DNA from: a virus
Lineage: Duplodnaviria; Heunggongvirae; Uroviricota; Caudoviricetes
Virus record (IMG/VR): IMGVR_UViG_3300020045_006153
Coordinates: 289,234 to 353,233 of that record
Length of the DNA: 64,000 nucleotides
Reading direction: 5' to 3' (one strand)
Position numbers and translations under genes: made by a program. Of the stretch, positions 31,268-39,381 are shown one piece after another. Under the pieces are notes generated by a model. That model had not been told where the DNA came from. It searched no databases and saw only the letters and a program-made list of their open reading frames with translations. The first letter of the stretch is position 1; the number at the start of each line of letters is the position of its first letter.

Positions 31268-31804
31268 ATGAAGAAGCAAACATTTAATCTAGATATGGAT
31301 GGCGTAGTAGCAGACTGGTCAGCAGGTGCTGCTAAAATTGTAGGGTACAAAATTGACGATCCGAATCAACTCTATCCTGATAGTGATTGGGCAAAGATTA
31401 GAGAGCATCAACGTATGTTCCGAGATCTACCGTTGATGCCACATGCCTTAGAGATGATAGATATTGCACGTGGATTCCGTGATCAATTGGGATACGAGTT
31501 AGTTTATCTAACTGCAATCCCGCACTATAACGACGTTCATTGGGCGTTCTGGGATAAGATGCTGTGGTCAATGCATCATTCTCCTGATATCCCTGTGCAC
31601 TTCGGGCCTTATTCTGCAGATAAAGCAATACATTGTTTGCCTGGCGATATTCTAGTTGATGATCGATCTGATAACTGCTCCGAATGGGTAAACGCAGGCG
31701 GTGTTGCGGTTCATGTACGAACTGGCCATTATAGAGATGCATTAAATACACTCGCAGCAATGTTTGAGAAGAAACTTGCATTGCAACGCCTTTCTAATAT
31801 GTAA
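31268..31804 (+). CDS. HAD 5'(3')-deoxyribonucleotidase-like
   Basis: LDMDGVVADW; ILVDDR..N..W..AGG. Confidence 0.85.
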   Translation: MKKQTFNLDMDGVVADWSAGAAKIVGYKIDDPNQLYPDSDWAKIREHQRMFRDLPLMPHALEMIDIARGFRDQLGYELVYLTAIPHYNDVHWAFWDKMLWSMHHSPDIPVHFGPYSADKAIHCLPGDILVDDRSDNCSEWVNAGGVAVHVRTGHYRDALNTLAAMFEKKLALQRLSNM

Positions 31805-31808
31805 AAAC

Positions 31809-32543
31809 ATGCAAGTAGATATTTCCAATAACCTTATTAAGAGTTGCACCTGTGGCAACAAGACTGAATTCACACCTAACTCAATCTGCGATGTATCAAT
31901 CCTCATTTGTAATGAATGTGGTGTTGCGCATCAATTGCTAGAGGGATGGGATGAAGCAAAATTAAACGAATTCTACGGACATGAGTACCATAAGAATTAC
32001 ATGCAGAAGACAGGTCATCAATCATATCACGATAGATATAAGCACGACCTTGCAGTTGCTGCAAAGCGATTTGCAACTTACTCTGCATATATTATGGGTG
32101 CAATTGGAAAAAAGACGTTAGATATCGGAAGTTCGAATAGTGCATTTGTACACTATGCATTAGCAAACGGATATGATGCTTGGGGACTAGAACCCGGCGA
32201 CATCGGCGACGACGGTTGCACTATTCGTGGCAACCTTGCATCTGCAAGAATCGACGAAGGAGTATGGGACTTAATCACAATGCATGATAGCATCGAGCAC
32301 ATGGTTAATATTGGATCTGCACTAACAAAAGTACACAGTCTATTGTCCACAGACGGAAAATTGATTATTGATTTACCTAACTTCTGGCATACAGACGGCA
32401 TGCACCACTGGAAAGTAGTTGAGCATCTTTGGTTCCATAATGTTGATCAAATGACAGAATTACTTAATAACCACGGGTTTGATGTTGATGCAGTACACGA
32501 GCCTATTCCTGGAAAACTCGTGTTTTATACAATTAAGGTTTAA
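31809..32543 (+). CDS. Class I SAM-dependent methyltransferase with Cys-rich N-terminus
   Basis: LDIGSS, GLEP, DLITMHDSIEH, EHLWF. Confidence 0.8.
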   Translation: MQVDISNNLIKSCTCGNKTEFTPNSICDVSILICNECGVAHQLLEGWDEAKLNEFYGHEYHKNYMQKTGHQSYHDRYKHDLAVAAKRFATYSAYIMGAIGKKTLDIGSSNSAFVHYALANGYDAWGLEPGDIGDDGCTIRGNLASARIDEGVWDLITMHDSIEHMVNIGSALTKVHSLLSTDGKLIIDLPNFWHTDGMHHWKVVEHLWFHNVDQMTELLNNHGFDVDAVHEPIPGKLVFYTIKV

Positions 32544-33186
32544 GAACTAAAGGAAGATACTTTTGCACTAGTTGCAAACGTAACTGCGGACTTTGGCCCG
32601 GCCAATGCATAACCCAATCACCGGGTTGCCATTGGCCATTTGTACCTATGCAGTCGATATGGTTCCTAGGGTCTAGGCCATCTATTCCGTGACATCCATC
32701 AGAGAAGCAAGCAGCATTAAATGTTCTCTGGGGAACAATTTTAATAATGTCTTTGAAGTGGTTAAATGTATCGATCATTACTTCTTGCTCATTTGGATAC
32801 AAGTGTGATACAGACATAATCATTTCAAGATACTTACGGCCTTCTATTGAATTACGGACCATCATCATACCTGCATTGATTCCATTCCAATATGTAGTTA
32901 GTAGCACATGGTACTCATTATCTACAACATCTTCAATACGGATGTTGAAGTTAGTGATCAAAGAATCACAATCTTTCCAGAGTATCCATTCTACATCGGG
33001 ATTCTCATTACATATAGCAAGTAGCAGATCGATCTTAGCGTATCCGGGATTTGCAATATCGCTATCTGTCATTGCAACATATGGATAGTCGTGCAGTTCA
33101 CAATACTTAAGTCCGTTTTCGTTCCATGTGTATGGATACAAATAATTGTACCCTTCGTCATGCATAGTTGCTATTGCCATTACCAT
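32533..33186 (-). CDS. Glycosyltransferase, GT34-like
   Basis: WILWKDCDSLITN, INAGMMMVRN, EQ, GDWVMHWPG. Confidence 0.8.
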   Translation of the reverse strand: MVMAIATMHDEGYNYLYPYTWNENGLKYCELHDYPYVAMTDSDIANPGYAKIDLLLAICNENPDVEWILWKDCDSLITNFNIRIEDVVDNEYHVLLTTYWNGINAGMMMVRNSIEGRKYLEMIMSVSHLYPNEQEVMIDTFNHFKDIIKIVPQRTFNAACFSDGCHGIDGLDPRNHIDCIGTNGQWQPGDWVMHWPGQSPQLRLQLVQKYLPLVLKP

Positions 33187-33190
33187 AATA

Positions 33191-33967
33191 TTAAAAGTAA
33201 AAAATGTTTGTTCTATATGGATAGTTAACTTCTAACCGTTCCATAGTTTCGTTCTTGCGGGTTTCAATCCACATTGTTTTTCCCAATGCTAATCCCACAG
33301 CACACGGACTAGACATGCTAGTAATAAGCATTTCGCTGCCTGCTATAACAGATGCCATATCTTTAAATGTAGCAGTGGGGAAATATGGAACAGAAGTTTT
33401 AAAAGTTTCATTGAACCATTCGTGCTCTTCTTTAAATCCGATAAACACCGATTGATCAGATAGCCCGTAGTCTACCCATTCTTGCCATTGCGGACTGATA
33501 ACGTTGTTGCCGTCTTGATATCGTTTACCCCTGAAAATAACTATAGGACGGTCTTTTATTTTTAAGGGAGTATTGCAGGTCATATATGGACGCATTTGCA
33601 AAGCAATTTTGTTTGCTTCTAAATCTAGTCCGCATGCCTTTGCATATTGATTGGGGAAGTTCCTTGGGAATACACCAACTTCATGATGGCGGGCCATTTC
33701 GTCAAGATCGTAATCTACCTTCTCGCCAGCCCATACAGTAAATCCAGTTATGTAGTCTTGTTCCAGAATAAAAGATTCCATGCTTTTAAAATCTTCCAGT
33801 GACATACGCCCCGAATGAAAGCCAGCGCTCGGCCATCCTAATTTCTCCTGTATCATGCGATCCATATTATGTAATTTTAGATACAAATGCCCCCCACCCA
33901 ATAACTTAACTACTGAAAGAGAATTAAAAACATCCCCCGTAGTACCTGAATGTGAAAATGTTAACAT
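33191..33967 (-). CDS. GT9/heptosyltransferase-like protein
   Basis: HSGTTGDV; MASVIAGSEMLITSMSSP.AVGLALGK. Confidence 0.6.
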   Translation of the reverse strand: MLTFSHSGTTGDVFNSLSVVKLLGGGHLYLKLHNMDRMIQEKLGWPSAGFHSGRMSLEDFKSMESFILEQDYITGFTVWAGEKVDYDLDEMARHHEVGVFPRNFPNQYAKACGLDLEANKIALQMRPYMTCNTPLKIKDRPIVIFRGKRYQDGNNVISPQWQEWVDYGLSDQSVFIGFKEEHEWFNETFKTSVPYFPTATFKDMASVIAGSEMLITSMSSPCAVGLALGKTMWIETRKNETMERLEVNYPYRTNIFYF

Positions 33968-34059
33968 GCAAGTATTTACAGATTAGGAACAGGAGAGCCC
34001 TGACTTCTGAGTGCGAAGCACGGCGTGCGCAAAAATTTTAAAACTATTATCTACGTAGT

Positions 34060-34272
34060 TTATGATCCGCCACCGGCCCCATTTAGTGTATTAATAGCAT
34101 TGATGACATCGTCATGAGTAGCAAAGTACGCACTGTAAGGAATGCCTTCAGGCGTCTCTAACCGTATCATCCATACCTCTCCGATCTCAGCGACTGCTAG
34201 GATATAACCATATGTATTGCGCAATGGGCCAATGCAATAGTGTGGAATAACTTTGAAAGTGTGGTCAAACAT
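34060..34272 (-). CDS. Small hypothetical protein
   Basis: TAAATA upstream. Confidence 0.45.
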   Translation of the reverse strand: MFDHTFKVIPHYCIGPLRNTYGYILAVAEIGEVWMIRLETPEGIPYSAYFATHDDVINAINTLNGAGGGS

Positions 34273-34351
34273 ATACTAGATTATTTAACCCAAAAAAAAC
34301 TTTAAGCACAACAAAAAATTGTGTAAAAAATTTTCAAGGGTGTGAAATCTG

Positions 34352-34552
34352 TTATGTTGGTACTTCTATAGCGAATTTTATCCATGCTATCTTACACATA
34401 CTGTAGTTGGAGCGTAGATAAAACTTAAACACTGTATGAGTATGTTTAACGAATTCTGAGTATTCGATACCTTGTGCACAGTAGTTCTGGATAAGGAAGC
34501 GGCGGCATTCATCTAAGTGACCATTGGGTATAGTGAGTTCTAAATTGTACAT
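34352..34552 (-). CDS. Small hypothetical protein
   Basis: TAAATA upstream. Confidence 0.45.
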   Translation of the reverse strand: MYNLELTIPNGHLDECRRFLIQNYCAQGIEYSEFVKHTHTVFKFYLRSNYSMCKIAWIKFAIEVPT

Positions 34553-34793
34553 AGTGATATTTACACTAGAGACAGCCCGAAAACTTTACATATAGCCAAA
34601 AAAGTTGCGCGTAAAAAAAAGCGTGGTTGGAGAACCATACCCCTGGTGATTTACAACCATTGGTTTGATTTTAGGGGTTTAGAATAGTAGAGAAACATAG
34701 TAGGGGAAAATGCTTGCTTGTTGCGCAAATGCAACAATAGTTTTGTGCTATATGCCCCCACCCCCCATAAGGGGACCCTATAGGCCCCACCAC

Positions 34794-34919
34794 CTAGTCC
34801 ATTAACCCCAGCGCCCTCAGGGTCCGGATAACCTCTGCTCGCGTGTAGCCGGTCATAATGCAAATGCCTCCGATGGACAGTTCGTTTTCGGTGTACAGTG
34901 TGCGGATGTATTCTTGCAT
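34794..34919 (-). CDS. 41-aa HTH-like peptide, last cassette of the array (not in ORF track)
   Basis: MQEYIRTLYTENELSIGGICIMTGYTRAEVIRTLRALGLMD behind a consensus promoter. Confidence 0.5.
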   Translation of the reverse strand: MQEYIRTLYTENELSIGGICIMTGYTRAEVIRTLRALGLMD

Positions 34920-35510
34920 GTTACGTGTGCCCTGTTAGTGTGTATGCATGTATTATAACAGCGCATCGCTACGCTGTCAAGCAGTAACCCTACGCACTAC
35001 TACACTACTGGCACAGCAAACACAGTGCCCACATAGTTCTCGTAGTCGCAGGATGTCAATGACTATTTCAAAAACACTGCAAAGAATCCGCCTTCGCACA
35101 GCAGCCACAATGTAATTGCCTGGGCAATTAGGGTTATGCCAATCTCGCGTCCTTGGTTAATCACAATGCCCAGGCTCAGCGTCATCAGGAACAGGAGCGT
35201 AATTTGAGGCCACATAATGTTCTTCCTTTGTTAGTGTGTATGCATGTATTATAGCACAGTTGTTTAGGCTGTGCTATACTTTACATAAAAGATTTCTTGT
35301 ACAAGTCCCACATGTACACTGCAAACGCTCCCGAGGCATCGCGCAACCGCACTACCTTATTCCGGGCATAACAATGGTAGAAGCAATCACGGTAAAGTTT
35401 ACCATGCGCAACTTCCCCATCTGTGTCAACAAACCTATACGAAACTGGGGACATGTTGCTCTTCCTTGTTACTGTGTATGCATGTATTATAACATGCAGT
35501 TAACACATTG

Positions 35511-35666
35511 TCAACTGTTATCTGGCCACCAGTTTGGGTGTTTTGTTTTGTTGTATCCGCGGTTGTACAGTGCCCACTTCTCGGAAAACTCCGGGTAAGG
35601 ATTTGAGTTGTCCTTACCTTTGTGTGCGTCAATACAGCCTTGCTCGTATGGGTTTGTTGTGTGCAT
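35511..35666 (-). CDS. Rmf/CrpP-like peptide, leaderless (not in ORF track)
   Basis: MHTTNPYEQGCIDAHKGKDNSNPYPEFSEKWALYNRGY...; ATG 6 nt after TATAAT. Confidence 0.5.
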   Translation of the reverse strand: MHTTNPYEQGCIDAHKGKDNSNPYPEFSEKWALYNRGYNKTKHPNWWPDNS

Positions 35667-35714
35667 ATATGTATTATAGCACAGGTGTTTATGCTGTGCT
35701 ATAACTTTACAAAA

Positions 35715-35945
35715 CTATTTCAAACCCAACTTTACAGCGGCTGCAACTGCTTCTGGGGGCAAGGGGATGCCGCTTGCTTTTGCAGCGTCGTAGGCTGCTT
35801 GTAATGCTTGCATTTGCGCATTGCTAACACGCACAGTAGCCTGCGGACCGCGGTCCTTCTCAACTTTATTTTGCAGCGCATACAAGCTATTTTGCTGGCG
35901 CTTGTTGAGATTGGACAAAACTGCTGTTTGGAGTGGAGTGTTCAT
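35715..35945 (-). CDS. Early hypothetical protein
   Basis: Promoter + AAAGGA RBS; start MNTPLQ. Confidence 0.6.
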   Translation of the reverse strand: MNTPLQTAVLSNLNKRQQNSLYALQNKVEKDRGPQATVRVSNAQMQALQAAYDAAKASGIPLPPEAVAAAVKLGLK

Positions 35946-36035
35946 TTCGTTTCCTTTGTTTGTTGCGTATGCATGTATTATACAACGCAGGCGGGGAAAG
36001 GGCAAGCGTTATTTGCTATGCCCTTTCACTTTACT

Positions 36036-36350
36036 TTACCAGCGGCTACCGTTCATTGCGTTTGCAACCACGCTCTTCACCGCTGCCTCAAACGCATCGC
36101 CCTCAAACAGCTTGTCCTCGTCCAAGTTATCCTGTACAATGTTGGTAAAGTCGTAGTTGTCAATCCAACGTTCCAAGTCGCTATCAATGTCCGGACCCGT
36201 TGCAGCGTTTTCTTCCAAGTCCAGGATACGCGCTTGCATTTCCACAATCTGCGTTTCGTAGCGCTCTTCCACTACCTTCACCGCCGCTGCAACCATTTGC
36301 GTAATCGTTGCGTTCAGCGTTGCTTGGAACAGTGCAGTAAAGTCAGTCAT
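36036..36350 (-). CDS. Early acidic hypothetical protein
   Basis: Own promoter and RBS. Confidence 0.65.
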   Translation of the reverse strand: MTDFTALFQATLNATITQMVAAAVKVVEERYETQIVEMQARILDLEENAATGPDIDSDLERWIDNYDFTNIVQDNLDEDKLFEGDAFEAAVKSVVANAMNGSRW

Positions 36351-36389
36351 TTCGTTTTCCTTGTGTGTTGCTATGCATGTATTATAACG

Positions 36390-36599
36390 TTAAACAGTTG
36401 CCTTGTCAAGCATTTTCAGCCCCCACGTGCCATCATTATTGTTGTTGCGCAGGACCTTTGCATGTGCCCGGGCAGTGCAATCCGTTGCCTCAACTTCAAG
36501 CAGTTCTGCCATTTCCACCATGTACTCTGGCCAGTACACAGCAGGGTCACATACAATAATGTGAGTGGGGAAAACAATGGTGTTGTGTTTAATTTGCAT
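36390..36599 (-). CDS. Early hypothetical protein (leaderless)
   Basis: ATG 6 nt after TATAAT. Confidence 0.5.
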   Translation of the reverse strand: MQIKHNTIVFPTHIIVCDPAVYWPEYMVEMAELLEVEATDCTARAHAKVLRNNNNDGTWGLKMLDKATV

Positions 36600-36616
36600 G
36601 TGTGTATTATAACACC

Positions 36617-36796
36617 TTACAGCACAGCGGAAGGCATCTTTACAAGAATATTATTAAATGCGCCAAGCGGAATTGCCTGCGCGGTACCGTACAAGTCCCC
36701 TTCAGCGTGCCGCAAGGCGCGGGCGAGGATCTTCCACTCCTCCAGCGTAAAGTGTGCATATGCTGCTTGTGTCTTTTGCAGTTCAGTCAGTTCCAT
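36617..36796 (-). CDS. Early hypothetical protein (59 aa, not in track)
   Basis: MELTELQKTQ.. behind promoter and AAGGA. Confidence 0.5.
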   Translation of the reverse strand: MELTELQKTQAAYAHFTLEEWKILARALRHAEGDLYGTAQAIPLGAFNNILVKMPSAVL

Positions 36797-37176
36797 TGCG
36801 CGTCCTTGTTAGTGTGTATGCATGTATTATAGCATACATGCAGGAATTGTCAACCTTTATTTCACAACTGTTGGATCTTCCGTGCCACAATCCGTGCAGC
36901 AATCAACACCTGCAGCAAGGGTTCTGCAACCGCCTTAGCGCGGTTTTTAGAGGGCGCGGATACAACTACCTTATGTTGTTCTCCCGTCGCTGTGCGGGCT
37001 TCTACAATGTATGTGTGCATTTATTCCCAGTAAACAAAACGTTTTGTAATATTCTTGTAAGCAAAATAACTTACAATAAGCGGGCTAAAAAGTACGAGCA
37101 GTTTAAGTATGTCCATGCATGTATTATAACGTTATTTGGACAAACGGGCAAGCGTTATTTGCATTGCCCTTTCACT

Positions 37177-37419
37177 TTACTCAACTACATGCAGTCGCGT
37201 TTCCAACACGTCCTTGCCGCCACGCGCATCGTAGTGTGTGCTTGTGTGCACTGTCACCTGCATGCCTGCTGCTTCCAGTGCAGCCTTTATAACAGCATAG
37301 TCCTCTTCCTTCCAGCGCCACACTTTAATGCTGCGTGCGCCGTCCTTCAGTTTGTCGTTAAAAATAGTCGGATGTGTGCCGGCCAGTTTGCGTACAATCT
37401 GCATTACGTTTGTTGCCAT
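37177..37419 (-). CDS. Early hypothetical protein
   Basis: Own promoter/RBS; FNDKLKDGARSIKVW. Confidence 0.65.
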   Translation of the reverse strand: MATNVMQIVRKLAGTHPTIFNDKLKDGARSIKVWRWKEEDYAVIKAALEAAGMQVTVHTSTHYDARGGKDVLETRLHVVE

Positions 37420-37503
37420 TTGCGTGTCCTTGTTGCTGTGTATGCATGTATTATAACATGCATTGTAAAGTGCACAAATAATACTTGTGCACTTTACATA
37501 TCT

Positions 37504-37737
37504 TTACAAAAGCACTGTTGCAGCATACGCCTCGTAAGCGTCCTCGTCGCAGTCAATCACTGCAAGCACTTTGCCAGTTTGTGCAGTAATCGTAACCATG
37601 TCGTCTTCGTCGCGCTCGTAGTAGCCCAGCAGCGTGTCATCCACAAAAACTTCGCCACTGTCCTGCTCGCCGTTAAAACTCAGCGTCTTGCCATTTGCAG
37701 TGTAAACTACGCCGCTGTCTGTGTAAAGTACTTGCAT
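37504..37737 (-). CDS. Early acidic hypothetical protein
   Basis: Own promoter/RBS. Confidence 0.6.
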   Translation of the reverse strand: MQVLYTDSGVVYTANGKTLSFNGEQDSGEVFVDDTLLGYYERDEDDMVTITAQTGKVLAVIDCDEDAYEAYAATVLL

Positions 37738-37824
37738 TTTGTGTTCCTTGTTACTGTGTATGTATGTATTATACTGCCCAAAAGCAAAGTACGCAAGTGT
37801 TATTTGCGTACTTTACAAAGTATT

Positions 37825-38088
37825 TTAGTTAAACACAAAGCCCAAGCGCTCTGCTTCTTGCGTTACAGCAGCAAGTGTAACAAAATCGTCTTGCACCCAG
37901 TCTGCGTCCAGCAGTGCGCAAACACAGTCCTCTTCGCGCTCTGCTTGCTCCAGTTCCATAAAGCGCACATCCGTGTGCTCGTTGCGCAGCAGCACAGCAG
38001 TACGTCCCTTGCTGTTAGCGTAACGCACGTTAATCACGCCGTTCAAAGTGCTAACGCCCACGAATTTGTAAGTTGCTGTGTTTGCCAT
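37825..38088 (-). CDS. Early protein, 'GVSTLNG..VRYAN' family copy 1
   Basis: Similar to 44459 and 50394 ORFs. Confidence 0.7.
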   Translation of the reverse strand: MANTATYKFVGVSTLNGVINVRYANSKGRTAVLLRNEHTDVRFMELEQAEREEDCVCALLDADWVQDDFVTLAAVTQEAERLGFVFN

Positions 38089-38194
38089 TTTGTGTTCCTT
38101 TTGTTTGCTACTGCATTATTGCAGCGCATGTATGTATTATATACTCAAAAGCGTAAAGCGCAAGTGTTATTTTGCGCTTTACATATCTTTACAT

Positions 38195-38473
38195 TTAAGC
38201 AATGTCCGCAATGCAGCGCAAGTATTGTCCGCTGCCCGTCAATTTCACAGTGTTGCTGTAACCCAACGCATTAAAATCATTCTGCACTTGTTCCAACACA
38301 CTGCTTGCCCGCAGCATGTTAATCGTGTATACTACACTGCGCCGTGCAGGAACTTTCTTCGCCGTCTTCTCCGTGTAACTGCCCACCTTGCAGCCGTATG
38401 CATACTCTGCTGCTCCGTGTGCAGCAATCGCCTGCTTCATAACTTTGCGCACTTGCATTGTGTTTGCTTGCAT
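38195..38473 (-). CDS. Early hypothetical protein
   Basis: AAAGGAG RBS; start MQANTMQ. Confidence 0.6.
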   Translation of the reverse strand: MQANTMQVRKVMKQAIAAHGAAEYAYGCKVGSYTEKTAKKVPARRSVVYTINMLRASSVLEQVQNDFNALGYSNTVKLTGSGQYLRCIADIA

Positions 38474-38548
38474 ACTATCTCCTTTGTTTAACATGTATGT
38501 ATTATAACAGGATTTGCAAAGTGTGCAAGATATTTTGCACACTTTACA

Positions 38549-39142
38549 TTATACAAGCACTTGTTGCAAAGCCGCCACACGCACAATATTTTCCAACTTT
38601 ACAGTACGCACACAAATCGTATGCGTCACGTCATTCTTTTTATTGTACACTGTGTTGTCTTTTTGCAACATCTTTGCTGCCGCGCCCTTTGTGCAGTATG
38701 CAGCAACTTCTTCTTCTGTTACAATTTCGTTGTCTTTTACATACACACTCTTCGCACTATTATAGTGCAAATACATGTATTCCTGTCCGCTCACTTTGTT
38801 GCGTACAATTGTATAGCAGTCAGCGTCGTGTGTAAAGCTAGCTTCGCTTGCCTCAAACTCTGCTACATTCGTTTCGTCGTTGCCGTCAACCTTTTTTGCA
38901 CTGCGTTGCACAGCCGCCACATAGTTCAGCCTGTTTGCAAACATCAGCACGCTCGCCCGTGTCACTTTTTGTATCAGCACGTCTTTGTGCGCAGCAGCAA
39001 GCGCCACCTTTGTCACCTGCGTCACGTTCGCAATCGTTGCCGTGTTGTTGTAATCGCGCAACAGTGCAGTCACTCGCTGTGCAGTTACTTTGTTTTGTTT
39101 TTGTGCAGCAATAGCAGCGCGGGCGTAAGCAAGTGTAAGCAT
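38549..39142 (-). CDS. Early hypothetical protein (197 aa, no proline)
   Basis: Own promoter/RBS. Confidence 0.7.
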   Translation of the reverse strand: MLTLAYARAAIAAQKQNKVTAQRVTALLRDYNNTATIANVTQVTKVALAAAHKDVLIQKVTRASVLMFANRLNYVAAVQRSAKKVDGNDETNVAEFEASEASFTHDADCYTIVRNKVSGQEYMYLHYNSAKSVYVKDNEIVTEEEVAAYCTKGAAAKMLQKDNTVYNKKNDVTHTICVRTVKLENIVRVAALQQVLV

Positions 39143-39228
39143 TTTGTATCCTTTTTGTACGCTGCATTATTGCAGCGCATGTATGTATTATACGGCCGTT
39201 TGAAGGGGCTGTGCAACTATTTTGCCTG

Positions 39229-39350
39229 CTTTACATATCTTTACAATTGGGCTTTATATAGCACATTTTTGAGGTCCTGTCAAGCATCTTTACACAACTT
39301 TACATTCGTTGTTTTTCCGCCACAAGACCCCAACTTTACATAACTTTACA
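39229..39350 (-). promoter_or_regulatory. Three tandem TGTAAAG-N3-TGTAAAG boxes, one 16-bp palindrome, extra promoter
   Basis: CTTTACA-N3-CTTTACA at 39229, 39288, 39334. Confidence 0.6.
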
Positions 39351-39360
39351 ATCGCCTCCA

Positions 39361-39376
39361 AAGCCCTTTCGGGCTG
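39361..39376 (-). terminator. GAAA-tetraloop hairpin terminator
   Basis: AGCCC-GAAA-GGGCTTT on minus strand; similar at ~42150-42178 and ~44434-44447. Confidence 0.6.
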
Positions 39377-39381
39377 CTGGG

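Noticed and set aside
1-34000. Stop-codon reassignment as in some large phages
   Set aside because: Core genes are full length and tightly packed under code 11; no suppressor tRNA seen
35808-39343. Long + strand ORFs (334, 506, 260 aa)
   Set aside because: Antisense shadows crossing many promoter-led minus-strand genes; Cys/His-rich nonsense, favoured by the absence of GA (hence TGA) on the + strand
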